A stretch of DNA of 64,000 nucleotides from an uncultured Gemmatimonadales bacterium (GTDB taxonomy: Bacteria > Gemmatimonadota > Gemmatimonadetes > Gemmatimonadales > GWC2-71-9): assembly GCA_963840215.1 (NCBI GenBank), contig CAWIYG010000006.1:158932-222931 (forward strand). The letters are read 5' to 3'. Numbering within the stretch: position 1 is the stretch's first letter; every line of letters starts with the position of its first letter. Under the pieces are notes generated by a model. The model was not told the origin of the DNA. It did no database searches and was given only the letters and a program-made list of their open reading frames with translations. This document shows, one piece after another, positions 10,632 to 20,856 of this stretch. The translations under genes were made by a program, and so were the position numbers.

Positions 10632-12500
10632 TCAGGGCGCGACCGTCTGAATCTCCAGCCGTGACGGGTAGCGCGGTGTGCGCCAGACGGCGTGCGTCTG
10701 CGCCCGGAAGTCACCGGCGGCGGCCTGGAAGATATTGGGCACCCACGTCTGCGGGTTGCGGTCGATGAGCGGGAACCAGGTGCTCTGCACCTGCACCATG
10801 ATCTTGTGGCCCGCCTGGAAGCGATAGCTCTGGGTGTGCAGGTCGATGGTGAACGGCGTGACTGCGTTGGGCACCAGCGGTACGGGCCGCTCGAACGAGC
10901 GGTGGAAGCGGCCGCGGAATACCTCGTTGGCCACCATGAGCTGGTAGCCGCCCAGCTTGAAGTCCGGCGGATAGTCTTCGGGGTAGACGTCGATCAGCTT
11001 CACGATCCAGTCGGCGTCCCGCCCCGTCGTGCTGGCGAAGAGCTTCGCGGTCACCCGCCCGGCGAGCACGACGTCCTCGGTGAGCGGCTCGGTCTCCCAG
11101 CTCAACACGTCCGGCCGCTGGTGCACGAACCGCTGGTCCTCGAGCAGCCAGGTGTACCAGCCCGAGCCCTTGGGGTAGTAGGTCGGCTCGATGGGCCGCG
11201 GGCGGTAGGGAACGGGGTGCGCCGGATCGCTCACGTAACGGTCGGCTGAGGACTTCCCGGCGGTTGGCGGTGTGAACGACAGCCGGCCGCCGGCGTGGAA
11301 GTAGAGCGCTCGCGTCTTGGCCTCGGGCGGCGGCCAGCTCGTGAAGGTACGCCAGCGGTTGCTGCCGCTCTCGAAGACGGTGGCTTCGGGCTGCTCGAGC
11401 CGGCCCTCGTCCTTCAGGTAGAACGCGAAGAACGGCGCCTCGATCGCCCGGCGGAAATGCTCGCCGGTCGGGGAGCCGAAGTCGATGTTGCCGAGCTTCT
11501 GCCCTGGGCCGGAGCTCCATCCGCCGTGTCGCCAGGGACCGACGACCAGGAAGTTTTGGTTGGCCGTGTCGTGCTTCTCCAGCTCGTCATAGATCGTGAC
11601 GGGCCCGTAGAAGTCCTCCTGGTCCCACCACCCCGCGACGTTCAGCGTCGGCGCCGTGACCCGCGTGAGATACGGGCGCATCGCCTGGCGGCGCCAGAAG
11701 GCGTCGTAGTTGGGATGCGCGCTGAAGTCGCGCCAGGTGGGCAGTACTTTGTCCTTGAGGACCTGCTTCTGGATGTTCGAGAGCGGGCCCACTCCCAGGT
11801 ACCACTCGTAGGTGTCGTAGCGCCCGAAGTCGAAGTGCGAGTTCTCCCGCGTAGCCTCGGTGAGCCAGGCGTACTCGAAGCCATAGCTCAGCCGGAACGC
11901 GCCGTTGTGGTGGAAGTCGTCGCCCAGGAACATGTCGGCCGGGGAGGCCTGCGGGCTCACGGCACGGAGCGCGGGATGGCCGCCGAGCATGCCCATGGCC
12001 GCGGTCCAGCCGTCGTAGCTCACTCCCAGCATGCCGACGCGGCCGTTGTTCCCGGGCAGGTTGGCCAGCATCCAGTCGATCGAGTCGTCGGTATCGGTGA
12101 TCTCGTCGCTCTCACCGGCTGGCGCCGCGGCGGCCTTGGGCGGCCGCTGCATTACGAAGGTTCCTCCGCTGCGATAGCGCCCCCGGATGTCCTGGAACAC
12201 GAAGAGGTATCCGTCTTCGGCGAGCGGCTGGTAGGCGCCACTCAGTTTGCCGCGCGAGTCGCCGACGCCGTAGGGCGTCCGGGTGAGCAGGATCGGCAGC
12301 GGTCCGGCCGGCGCCCGTGGTCGGAAGATCTCCGCGTGCAGGGTGACGCCGTCCCGCATCGGGATATCGGTGCTGGTCTGCTCGTAGGCGGCGGGATCGT
12401 AGCGGGGGTTGGACGGCTGCTGCGCCTGGAGTCCGGCGGCGGCGGTGGAAAGCAGGGCGAGCGTGAGCCACCGCCCCGGGAGGACGTCGAGGAATCGCAT
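10632..12500 (-). CDS. CocE/NonD-family hydrolase (S15 X-Pro dipeptidyl-peptidase-like), secreted
   Basis: Intact 622-aa ORF. Signal peptide MRFLDVLPGRWLTLALLSTAAAGLQAQ, motifs LLTRTPYGV and the GVSYDGW nucleophile elbow, and a C-terminal beta-sandwich region. Confidence 0.85.
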   Translation of the reverse strand: MRFLDVLPGRWLTLALLSTAAAGLQAQQPSNPRYDPAAYEQTSTDIPMRDGVTLHAEIFRPRAPAGPLPILLTRTPYGVGDSRGKLSGAYQPLAEDGYLFVFQDIRGRYRSGGTFVMQRPPKAAAAPAGESDEITDTDDSIDWMLANLPGNNGRVGMLGVSYDGWTAAMGMLGGHPALRAVSPQASPADMFLGDDFHHNGAFRLSYGFEYAWLTEATRENSHFDFGRYDTYEWYLGVGPLSNIQKQVLKDKVLPTWRDFSAHPNYDAFWRRQAMRPYLTRVTAPTLNVAGWWDQEDFYGPVTIYDELEKHDTANQNFLVVGPWRHGGWSSGPGQKLGNIDFGSPTGEHFRRAIEAPFFAFYLKDEGRLEQPEATVFESGSNRWRTFTSWPPPEAKTRALYFHAGGRLSFTPPTAGKSSADRYVSDPAHPVPYRPRPIEPTYYPKGSGWYTWLLEDQRFVHQRPDVLSWETEPLTEDVVLAGRVTAKLFASTTGRDADWIVKLIDVYPEDYPPDFKLGGYQLMVANEVFRGRFHRSFERPVPLVPNAVTPFTIDLHTQSYRFQAGHKIMVQVQSTWFPLIDRNPQTWVPNIFQAAAGDFRAQTHAVWRTPRYPSRLEIQTVAP

Positions 12501-12512
12501 GCAAGCTCCGGG

Positions 12513-13494
12513 CTACTGGAAGGAGACCCCCGTGAAGCGTGCCACCGGACGGTCCTGCGCGTAGAGGGTCAGGTGATCGCCGTGGCGCTCGAACGTGCCG
12601 CTGAGGCTGTTGCAGCCCGTGGACCCCGCCACCCGCGAGTCGGTGGCCTGGAACCGGAGATGCGGCTCCCGCGCCGCGCCCACGACGACCGGCTGCCCGT
12701 CGAGCTCGCTCAGCTTGCAGTACTTGTTGGTCAGCTCGCCGGGAGGGTCATCCGTCCGCAGCCCTCGACCGCGCGACCGTCCAGGCGCACGATCACGGCA
12801 TGGGTGAACGACGCGCCGCTCATCGCGTCCCGGCACGGCTGCTCGCGGATCTCCACGCGCAGGTTCCGTCCGTCGGGCTCAGCCTCGTAGGCCGCCGTGC
12901 CCGGCGGAGCGCCCCGCACCTGCCGGGGGGACGAGGCGTAGACCCGCGTCGCGCCGTAGTCGCCCAGGTAGCGGACCCAGCGTCCGTCGACGAGGTCCAG
13001 CGTCCAGCCCGGCTCCTGACCCACGGCCCGGAATTCGACGCCCATCAAGGCGGCCTCCTCCCATGCGTCGCCGGCGCGGCGTCCCCGGCAGCCGGTGTGG
13101 TGGACGCCACCGATCTCCAGGCACGCTTCCTCATCCTTGGACCAGAAGTCCACACCGCGGCCGGCGTATCGGACGCCGGAGGCGGCCTCGACGTGGCCCG
13201 GGTGTCGACGCGCTCGGGAAGGGAGACGACGAGCGAGTCGCCACGCGATCCACCGGTCGAGCGAACGCTGAACCGGACGCCATCGCCGCACGCGTATACG
13301 GTTGTGCCGGCAGATCGGGGCGACGGGCTCGAGGTGTCCCCTGCCGCCGGCGCGGCGCGCTGCTCGGCCGCTCCGCCGGCGGGGCGCTCCGGCGATCGGG
13401 GCGCGGCGCATCCGAGAGCCCACAGCGCGGCCAGGCCACCCCTCGCGATCAGGACCAGGCCCGGTCCTCCGGCCAGCCGGGTCGCTCCACGCAT
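12513..13494 (-). pseudogene. lipoprotein with MliC-like and META (HslJ-like) domains, two frameshifts (about 13200 and about 12750)
   Basis: Three minus-strand frames join. ORF 13045..13494 gives MRGATRL...LAALWALGCAAP...TTVYACGDGVRFSVRS...LVVSLPERVDT. The ORF 12731..14134 tail gives PGHVEAASGVRYAGRGVDFWSKDEEACLEIGG...FRAVGQEPGWTLDLVDG...VIVRLDGRAVEGCGR. ORF 12513..12836 gives YCKLSELDGQPVVVGAAREPHLRFQATDSRVAGSTGCNSLSGTFERHGDHLTL. Confidence 0.6.
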
Positions 13495-13500
13495 CCGATC

Positions 13501-15789
13501 CTAGCGCCCGCCCGCCGCCAGATGCTGCTCGAGGTATCGGGTGAGCAGCGAATACAGGTGCAGGCTGGTGCCGTCGCCCTCGCAGATGCAGTGGGTCCGG
13601 TTGGGGTACACCATCAGCGTGAACGGGCGGTTGGCGGCGACGAGCGCGTTGACGAGCCGCTCGGTGCCCTGGAAGTGGACGTTGTCGTCGCCCGAGCCAT
13701 GGACGACGAGCAGATTGCCGCGCAGCCGGTCGGCGAAGAAGAGCGGAGAGCCATCGTGATAGGCCGCCTCGTTCTCCTGCGGCAGGCCCATGTAGCGCTC
13801 CTGGTAGATCGTGTCGTACAGCCGCTCGTCGGGCACCGGCGCCACCGACATCCCCGTCTGGTACAGCTCCGGGTAGCGGAACATCAGGTTCAGCGTGGTC
13901 GAGCCACCGCCGCTCCAGCCCCAGACCCCCATCCGCGTCGAGTCCACCCAGGCCCACCGCCGCATGGTACGCGCCGCGCCGGCCTGGTCGGCCGAGTTGA
14001 CGAGGCCGACCTTCTTGTAGATCGCCTTCCGGAACGCGCGGCCGCGTGGCGCCGGCGTGCCGCGGTTGTCGAGCGAGGCCACCACGTACCCGCGCTGCGT
14101 CAGCATGAGGTACCACAGGTACCCGTCGTCCCACTGGTCGAGCGCGGTCTGGCCGGCGGGCTCGCCGTAGACCAGGTACAGCACCGGGTACCGCCTGGTC
14201 GAGTCGAAGGCCGGCGGCTTCATGATCCAGCCGTCGAGCCGGAGCCCGTCGCCCGCGTCGACCTTCACGAACTCCGCCGGCCCGCGCCGGAGCCGGGCGA
14301 CGGCATCGCGAAGGCGCCCGTTGGCCACCAGCGTCCGCACCGGCTCATGCTTCGGCAGGCGCACGAGATCGACGACAGGTGGCGTGCCCAGCCGGGAGAA
14401 GGTGTGAAACGCCCACCGGCCGTCGCTCGAGATCTTGTAGGTGTGGTAGCCCGGCTGGTCCCGTGGCGTGACGCGTTCCTGGCGGCCCTTGCCGTCGAGC
14501 CGCGTGCGATAGAGGTAGAGCTGGGTCGCGTCGTCCGGCGACGCGGTGTAGTAGACCCACCCAGCGGCCGAGTCGACGCCGACGACGTAGGATGCACCGA
14601 ACGCGCTCTGGGGGTTGTGGAGATCGAAGGTGCCGGGGGTCACGAGCCGGACCTTGGCCCCGTCCCGCGAGACGACATACAGATGCCGCCAACCGTCGCG
14701 CTCGCTGATCCAGGTGAAGCGCTTCCCGCCGTCGATCCAGCGGAGATCGTCTACCACGTCCACCCAGGCGCTGTCCCGCTCGGTCAGCACGGTCCGGGTC
14801 CGGCCGGTGCGCGCGTCGCCCAGCATCACGGCGATGGTGTTCTGCGCCCGGTTCATGTGCTCGAGCACGACTTCGTCCGGGCTTGCCGCCCACTCCATCC
14901 GCGCGATGTAGTTGTTGCGCGGATCGCCGGGGACGTCGAGCCAGACCGGCTCGCCGCCGTCCGCGTCGATCACCCCCACACGCGCCGCCGAGTTGGTCGT
15001 GCCGGCCTTGGGGTACTGCACCGGGACGACGAACGAATAGAGCGAGTCGGTGTCGTTGATCAGGTTGAAACTGCGGACCCCCGACGCGTCGAGCTGCCAG
15101 AAGGCGATCCGGCGGCCGTCCGGGCTCCAGCGGAACCCGTCGCGCAGGCCGAGCTCCTCCTCGTACACCCAGTCGAAGGTGCCGTTGATCATGGTGCGCG
15201 AGCCATCGTGCGTGAGGCGGGTGATGCCGCCGTCGGCGAGTCGCTCGACGTAGAGGTCGTGATCGCGCACGTACGCCACCCGGCCGCCGTCGGGTGAGAA
15301 CTTGGCGAACATGAGCGTGGACGCTGCCGCCGGGCCGCCGAGCTTCCGGAGCCGCCAGCCGGCCAGGTCGAGCGTCCAGTAGTCGCCGCGGGTGTTCTGG
15401 CGCCAGACCTTGCGTGAGTTGGTGTAGAGAAGGAGCCGCTTCCCGTCGGGCGACAGGGTGTAGTCCTCGATCACCAGCGGCAACGATTCGCCGGGCGGCA
15501 CCAGCCGCCCGGCGCCGACCCAGACGTCGCGCCGGCCGCTCGCGGCGTCGTAGCGGACGAGCGCCCGGCCGGGCGGGCTGGCAGAGTCGGGCTCGAGCTT
15601 GGTGTAGGCGGCCGCGCCCGCGATCCAGCGGATGGCGCCGAGGAAATCAGGGGCGAACTCGTCCGAGTCGAAGATGCGGTCGAGGGTGACGAGGGAGGAA
15701 TCCGGTTCCTGCGCCGTTCCCGCCCGGGCCGTCGAAAGGCCGAGTACCAGGACGAGCGCGGCCAGCACACGAGGGCAGGGCGACATCAT
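13501..15789 (-). CDS. dipeptidyl-peptidase IV-type S9 serine peptidase, secreted
   Basis: ORF 13501..16119. Start MMSPCPRVLAALVLVLGLSTARAGTAQ. DPP-IV N-terminal propeller text (FDWVYEEELGLRDGFRWSPDGRRIAFWQLD) and catalytic GVWGWSGGGSTTL ... LLVVHGSGDDNVHFQ. Confidence 0.9.
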   Translation of the reverse strand: MMSPCPRVLAALVLVLGLSTARAGTAQEPDSSLVTLDRIFDSDEFAPDFLGAIRWIAGAAAYTKLEPDSASPPGRALVRYDAASGRRDVWVGAGRLVPPGESLPLVIEDYTLSPDGKRLLLYTNSRKVWRQNTRGDYWTLDLAGWRLRKLGGPAAASTLMFAKFSPDGGRVAYVRDHDLYVERLADGGITRLTHDGSRTMINGTFDWVYEEELGLRDGFRWSPDGRRIAFWQLDASGVRSFNLINDTDSLYSFVVPVQYPKAGTTNSAARVGVIDADGGEPVWLDVPGDPRNNYIARMEWAASPDEVVLEHMNRAQNTIAVMLGDARTGRTRTVLTERDSAWVDVVDDLRWIDGGKRFTWISERDGWRHLYVVSRDGAKVRLVTPGTFDLHNPQSAFGASYVVGVDSAAGWVYYTASPDDATQLYLYRTRLDGKGRQERVTPRDQPGYHTYKISSDGRWAFHTFSRLGTPPVVDLVRLPKHEPVRTLVANGRLRDAVARLRRGPAEFVKVDAGDGLRLDGWIMKPPAFDSTRRYPVLYLVYGEPAGQTALDQWDDGYLWYLMLTQRGYVVASLDNRGTPAPRGRAFRKAIYKKVGLVNSADQAGAARTMRRWAWVDSTRMGVWGWSGGGSTTLNLMFRYPELYQTGMSVAPVPDERLYDTIYQERYMGLPQENEAAYHDGSPLFFADRLRGNLLVVHGSGDDNVHFQGTERLVNALVAANRPFTLMVYPNRTHCICEGDGTSLHLYSLLTRYLEQHLAAGGR

Positions 15790-15821
15790 CGGCTCCCAAG
15801 ACAAGGGCGGTGGGCTCGGCG

Positions 15822-16258
15822 TCAGTACCTGGGAAAGCCCCGGAACACTCCGTCGTCCTCGGCCGCCGCGGCGAATTCCTCGAAGTCCATGTTCGCGATC
15901 GACAGGTTGTTCTCGATCGCCTGGACCGTGGAAGGTAGCGCGCGGAGCGTCGGGTTCGCGTCCGCGAACAGGTCGATGACGAGCACGGCGTGTTCCGGGT
16001 GCGTGATGGCCGTGCGATCGACGACAATCACGAAGCTGTGGTTGGAGTCGGGCTCGAACAAGGCCGGACCTGCGCGGTATCGAGGTCGCGGTAGTCGGGG
16101 TCGTCCACGAACGTGACATAGGCGAGGAATTCGAGCGAGCTGCCGTTCTCGCGGACGGGGGCCCCGATCGCCAGGCGGGTCGCCTGCCACGCGGCCTCGT
16201 CGGAGAAATCGGTTCTGAGGACGATGGCCTGCTCCGACCTCGGAAGCGGTTTCACCAC
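15822..16258 (-). pseudogene. hypothetical cytoplasmic protein, one frameshift near 16070
   Basis: ORF 16028..16258 (MVKPLPRSEQAIVLRTDFSDEAAWQATRLAIGAPVRENGSSLEFLAYVTFVDDPDYRDLDTAQ) continues in ORF 15822..16190 (PALFEPDSNHSFVIVVDRTAITHPEHAVLVIDLFADANPTLRALPSTVQAIENNLSIANMDFEEF...). No confident family assignment. Confidence 0.5.
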
Positions 16259-16283
16259 GACCTCCCGCCGCCGAAGCCGCGGG

Positions 16284-16646
16284 CTACCGGTCCGCGTCCT
16301 CCGCGGAGGTGGCGCCGATGAGCCCCCCCAGCAGCGCGGCCGCCGTGCCCCACCAGAGGGTCTCCCCGATACAGCCGTCGCCAGCCAAGCCGAAACGGCG
16401 GCAGAATCGATAGCCCACGATGCCGCCGAGAAGGCCGCCGACCGCGGCTCCGATCATGAGGCGCCGCTCCGATTCCGAGGAGCGCTTCATCCGTAGGTCG
16501 GGCCGGCCGGAGGTGCCGCCCGCCGCGGCGCGCATCCAGAGCTCCGAAGGTCTGGGGCCCGCCACGGCTTGCGCCTGTGCCGGCCCGGCGAACGCCAGCG
16601 CCACGGCGAGCGCAGCCAGCAACCGATGCAGGGTGGGGGTCAGCAC
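16284..16646 (-). CDS. small secreted/membrane glycine-zipper protein
   Basis: ORF 16284..16646. Signal peptide MLTPTLHRLLAALAVALAFAGPAQAQA and C-terminal GxxxG-rich segments (IGAAVGGLLGGIVG, AAALLGGLIG). Confidence 0.55.
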   Translation of the reverse strand: MLTPTLHRLLAALAVALAFAGPAQAQAVAGPRPSELWMRAAAGGTSGRPDLRMKRSSESERRLMIGAAVGGLLGGIVGYRFCRRFGLAGDGCIGETLWWGTAAALLGGLIGATSAEDADR

Positions 16647-16724
16647 GCGAGGGCTCCCTGAATGAGTGGAGCTCCACCATGCGATCCCGCCGTTCCCCGG
16701 GCGTGACCTGACCAGGTGTCCGGC

Positions 16725-18299
16725 TCACGATCCCACCGGCTCGTGCGTCGCCCACCAGCTCCGCGCCCGGTCCTGGGTCCACCCGTTCGCGCCTTCGACC
16801 ACCGCCAGCCTGGCCGACAGCTCCCTCGCCGACTGCGGCCGCTCCGCCGGATCCTTGGCGAGGCAGGCGAGCACCAGCCGATCGAGCGCCGCGGGAATCG
16901 CCTGGTCGGTCCGGGCGGAAGGCGGCCTGGGCGCGGCCTGGACGTGCTGCATCAGCAGTCCCATCGACGTGTCGGAGGTGAACACGAACTTGCCGGTGAG
17001 CAGCCAGTATGCCACGCAGCCGATGGCGTAGATGTCGGTGCGACCATCCACCGCGCCGCCGACGGCCTGCTCGGGCGCCATGAAGGCCGGCGTGCCCTGC
17101 ACGGTGTTCTCCCCGGTCTGCAGCGGATCGGCCTTCGCGCCGTCGCCGGCGCCCTTCACGATGCCGAAGTCCAGCACCTTCACGAAATCGTACTCCTCCC
17201 CGTAGCGGCAGAGGAAGATGTTGGCAGGCTTGATGTCGCGGTGGACGAGGCCGCAGGACTCGGCCTCGGAGAGCGAGTGGCAGACCTGGCGCAGCAGGAA
17301 GACCGCCCGGTCGGGTGGCGCGGGCCCGTGGCGGCGCAGGAGCGAGTCGGCGTCGAGCCCGTCGAGCAGCTCCATGACGTAGTAGAAGGCGCCGTCCGCG
17401 GCGATGCCGAAGTCGAACAGCTCCACCGTGTGGGGCGAGCGCAGGCGGGCGATTGCCTGCGCCTCCCGCTCGAAGCGGCGCAGCGCCTCCGAGGAGATGT
17501 CGGCGGCACCGTCGCCCGCGCGCGACGGCCGGATGAGCTTGATGGCGGCGGGCCGCGCCAGCATCCGGTGCCGGGCCCGCCAGACCTCACCCATGCCACC
17601 CTCGCCCAGCTTCTCCTCCAGCTGGTAGCTCCCCAGCTCGCGCGCCCGCTTGATCTCGGTGCCCAGGCCGTACACCACGCGCGCCCCGACGTACGCCATG
17701 GCGACCACGAGCAGATAGGGGAACACGAGCCAGAAGAAGAACTGGCCCGGGTCCGGCCGGAACGAGGTGCGCCCGGCGGCGATCACGAAGCCGATGACGA
17801 CCGGCACCGAGCTCACCGAAGCGAGGGCTGTGAGCAGCGCCATGCGCGGCCGGGTCGGCACGACCACGGTGAACAGCACCGTCCACACGGCGACCCACGA
17901 CAGCCCGAGCGCACGGCCGCGGAGGTCGATCAGGGGGTCGGTGTACTCCGCGATGGCGATGCCGTAGGCGCCGACGATCTCGAAGGCCAGGCCGATCGCC
18001 ATTGCGAGCGGCAGGGAGAGCTGCTTGCTGCCGAGCACCGCGGCCACGAGGAGGGCCACCACGATGGCGATGACCGTCGGTCCCCAGAACGCGAAGCCGC
18101 TCAGGAAGAGCGCGAGATCCGCCGGAACGAGCAGCATCGGGAACACGCCCGCCATGAAGAACACGAACGCGTACAGCAGGGCGAGCACCCGGAGCCGCGC
18201 CGCCGACTGGCCGAGCAGGTCGGTGGGCAGCGACGACGAGATCCCGTGCGCGCCGGAGGGACGCGCGTCGGGCCGGAGCAGCGTCACGTGCTCGGCCAT
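16725..18299 (-). CDS. Ser/Thr protein kinase with N-terminal polytopic membrane domain
   Basis: ORF 16725..18896. Start MAEHVTLLRPD at 18299. About 240 aa of hydrophobic helices, then LGEGGMGEVW, AAIKLI, VHRDIKPANI, VLDFGI, GTPAFMAPEQ. Confidence 0.85.
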   Translation of the reverse strand: MAEHVTLLRPDARPSGAHGISSSLPTDLLGQSAARLRVLALLYAFVFFMAGVFPMLLVPADLALFLSGFAFWGPTVIAIVVALLVAAVLGSKQLSLPLAMAIGLAFEIVGAYGIAIAEYTDPLIDLRGRALGLSWVAVWTVLFTVVVPTRPRMALLTALASVSSVPVVIGFVIAAGRTSFRPDPGQFFFWLVFPYLLVVAMAYVGARVVYGLGTEIKRARELGSYQLEEKLGEGGMGEVWRARHRMLARPAAIKLIRPSRAGDGAADISSEALRRFEREAQAIARLRSPHTVELFDFGIAADGAFYYVMELLDGLDADSLLRRHGPAPPDRAVFLLRQVCHSLSEAESCGLVHRDIKPANIFLCRYGEEYDFVKVLDFGIVKGAGDGAKADPLQTGENTVQGTPAFMAPEQAVGGAVDGRTDIYAIGCVAYWLLTGKFVFTSDTSMGLLMQHVQAAPRPPSARTDQAIPAALDRLVLACLAKDPAERPQSARELSARLAVVEGANGWTQDRARSWWATHEPVGS

Positions 18300-18313
18300 C
18301 GGCGCGGGTCGCG

Positions 18314-19006
18314 TCAGCCGGCCTGCCGCAGCGTGATGTCGAACACGCCGAGCCGCGAGCCCGGCTCCGCCGGCGGTGGCGCCGGCTCGAAGGCCACCGT
18401 CACCCGCGACTGGTCCTGGGCCGGGAGCTCCTTCCGGATCAGGTCGCGGTCGTTGAGCGCCTCGCCGGCGAAGTACATCTGGGTGACGAGCTCGTGGTAG
18501 CCCCGGCGGGAGACCCGAAAGTGGATGTGCGGCGGCCGGACCCAGCCGGAGTCGTCGGCGGGGTAGGCGCCGGGCTTGATGGTCGTGAACCCGAAGCGGC
18601 CTTCCGCATCGGTGGGCATCTCGGCCCAACTCTGGAAATTGGGATCGAGCGGACGGGGATTGTTCGCGTCCTTCTCGTGATCGTAGCGCCCGTGGGTGTT
18701 GGCCTGCCAGATCTCCACCAGCGCGCCCGCGATCGGCTTGCACGCCTCGTCCAGGACGCGGCCCTGGACGACGATGATCTCGCCGGCGGCCCGGCCGGCG
18801 CGCCCCTTCACCCGGGTGAGGTCGGGATCCTCGTCCGCATGGTCCCGCGTGGGATAGTACGGGCCGGCGGTCTGCGGAACAGTCGGCTCGGCGCACCCGG
18901 GGCTCGGTGTCCCGTCGGCCCCGAGCCGCTGCGCGAGGAGGCCGGCCGCCGCGCCGGCGCCGACGCCGAGCAGGTTGCGGCGGGAGATCGAGGGATCCTG
19001 CGGCAT
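18314..19006 (-). CDS. intradiol ring-cleavage dioxygenase-family protein, Tat-exported
   Basis: Tail of ORF 18314..19447. AAGGAGG precedes MPQDPSISRRNLLGVGAGAAAG (twin-arginine signal). Motifs TAGPYYP, EIWQANTHGRYDHE, RPPHIHFRV. Confidence 0.85.
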   Translation of the reverse strand: MPQDPSISRRNLLGVGAGAAAGLLAQRLGADGTPSPGCAEPTVPQTAGPYYPTRDHADEDPDLTRVKGRAGRAAGEIIVVQGRVLDEACKPIAGALVEIWQANTHGRYDHEKDANNPRPLDPNFQSWAEMPTDAEGRFGFTTIKPGAYPADDSGWVRPPHIHFRVSRRGYHELVTQMYFAGEALNDRDLIRKELPAQDQSRVTVAFEPAPPPAEPGSRLGVFDITLRQAG

Positions 19007-19035
19007 GCGCCCTCCTTGAGGTGGGTCGAGGCGGC

Positions 19036-19407
19036 TCAGGACTGCTCGCGCAGCGATCGCCCGATCAAGCCCAGGCCGCCGGCGAGCAGTCCCAGCATGA
19101 CCAGCGTGTCGAACAGCGAGGTCGGCGCGAAGTAGATGTGGAGGTTGGCGATGATGCCGGCCAGGATGATCAACGCTCCCGCTCCGGTGAGGAGCCAGGC
19201 GCCGACGCTCCGGCCGTCGTAGAACAGCCAGGCGATCCCGGCGAGCAGCGGGAGGAGCGACAGGCCGAAGGCGTTGTACCCCCACAGCAGCCAGTGCCCG
19301 CTCCCCACGGTGACGCGGGCGAGCAGGAGGTAGCCGCCCACGACCAGCATGCCGAGGCCCAGCAGGAAAGTGCCGAGGCCGCCCGAGGTGCCGCCGGGGC
19401 CGCGCAT
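19036..19407 (-). CDS. integral membrane protein (4 predicted helices)
   Basis: ORF 19036..19407. Hydrophobic segments LGTFLLGLGMLVVGGYLLL, FGLSLLPLLAGIAWLF, WLLTGAGALIILAGII, LVMLGLLAGGLGLI. Confidence 0.6.
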   Translation of the reverse strand: MRGPGGTSGGLGTFLLGLGMLVVGGYLLLARVTVGSGHWLLWGYNAFGLSLLPLLAGIAWLFYDGRSVGAWLLTGAGALIILAGIIANLHIYFAPTSLFDTLVMLGLLAGGLGLIGRSLREQS

Positions 19408-19551
19408 GCTCAGCGGCTCGGCCGGCGCGCCCGCGGCCGGCGCACAAGAATGGGGAAGTGCATGGCGGATCTCACAGGGCTCGGGGGCGGAGCGGGGGGC
19501 CCGGTCGATGTGATAATCTAGCTGCCGCGGCGGTCACACGGGGATCTCTCG

Positions 19552-20025
19552 TCAGGCCCCGCCCCACCACCCCGTCGGATACGTCCCGTACAGCGTCTCA
19601 CCCAGTACGCAGAGGACGCCGGCGGCGACGACGGCCAGCCGCTCGCCGCGGGCGCCCGCGACGGCCAGGAGCACGAGCGCCGCGGGAACCAGCACCGTCT
19701 TGGCCAGGGCCAGACCGTACGACACGAGGGACGTGAGCGACGGATGGCCGCTCTCGTGCGGGCCGAACTCGGCCATCGCGAAGCACAGGAAATCGAGCGC
19801 CATCACGGCGCAGGCCCCCCAGGCCAGGCCGGTCACCCGGAGCCGCGGCGCCCCGGGGCGGGCGAGGACGATGAAGGGCAGGATCAGCGCTGCCATCACG
19901 AGCACGTCTACGGCGCCGGCACTGTTCCAGACCCGGAGCTGCACCGGCCGAAAGAGCACGGCGATCGCCAGAACGTAGCCGGCGAACAGCCCCGCCAGCG
20001 GCAGGAATCCGCTGGCGGACCTCAT
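19552..20025 (-). CDS. integral membrane protein
   Basis: Tail of ORF 19552..20676 from MRSASGFLPLAGLFAGYVLAIAVLF. Its start overlaps the stop of the upstream hydrolase gene by 4 nt (ATGA). Confidence 0.6.
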   Translation of the reverse strand: MRSASGFLPLAGLFAGYVLAIAVLFRPVQLRVWNSAGAVDVLVMAALILPFIVLARPGAPRLRVTGLAWGACAVMALDFLCFAMAEFGPHESGHPSLTSLVSYGLALAKTVLVPAALVLLAVAGARGERLAVVAAGVLCVLGETLYGTYPTGWWGGA

Positions 20026-20786
20026 GGCGTCAGGAACTCGTCGAGCATCCGGTGAAACCCCGGAGGATCGTCCAGGTGGGGCCAGTGTCCCTCGGCCCCG
20101 AGCCGCCGATGCGGCAGCTCCGGCACGAGCCGGTGCAGCGCGATGGGAACGTCGCCGATCGCCGAGACCAGGGACAGCCGGCGGCCGCGATACGCCGCGA
20201 GCGCCGGCACCGGATCGTACTCCCCCAGGGCGCGGAAGGTCCCGAGCACGGTCGCCTGCGGCGTGGCCTCCGCGTCCCGCACGACGCGATCGCGCACGGC
20301 CGGGTCGGGGCCGGCGATCGAGGTGTAGTACTCGCGGAGCACCGTGCGGTAGTGCGGACCCTGCAGGAGATCCAGGAAGTGGCGGCGCTGGTCCTCGGGA
20401 AACTGCCGGCCGTCCGGCGCCGGGTCCACCAGCAGCAGACCCCGCACGCGTTCCGGGTGACGGCTGGCGTACTGGAGGGCGGTGCTCCCGCCGCCGCTGT
20501 GGGCGACGAGCACGACATCGGCGAGGTCGAGCGCCGCCATGACCGCGCCGACGTCCTCCGCCCGCCCGGCAAAGGAGTAGTCGCCGTTGGCGGCGGGAGC
20601 CGACCGGCCGGAGCCTCGGAGGTCGAACGCTACGGCGCGATGGCGCGGGTGGAGGTGGTCGAGCGCCTCCCGCCACTGGGTGTGATTGCCGGCGTCGCAG
20701 TGCACGAACAGCACCGGGGGGCCTGCGCCGGGCTGGTCCTCGACGGCGAGCGCCCCTTGCGGTCCGTCGATCGTGCGGATGGCCAT
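20022..20786 (-). CDS. alpha/beta-fold hydrolase
   Basis: ORF 20022..20969 from MAIRTIDGPQGALAVEDQPGAGPPVLFVHCDAG. Nucleophile elbow LVAHSGGG and C-terminal GHWPHLDDP. Confidence 0.85.
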   Translation of the reverse strand: MAIRTIDGPQGALAVEDQPGAGPPVLFVHCDAGNHTQWREALDHLHPRHRAVAFDLRGSGRSAPAANGDYSFAGRAEDVGAVMAALDLADVVLVAHSGGGSTALQYASRHPERVRGLLLVDPAPDGRQFPEDQRRHFLDLLQGPHYRTVLREYYTSIAGPDPAVRDRVVRDAEATPQATVLGTFRALGEYDPVPALAAYRGRRLSLVSAIGDVPIALHRLVPELPHRRLGAEGHWPHLDDPPGFHRMLDEFLTP

Positions 20787-20856
20787 GGAACCTCGCCGGT
20801 GGAGGTCCCGGGATTCTAACCGGCCGCGGCGGGGAGGGCGAAGGGATGCTGCCCCG

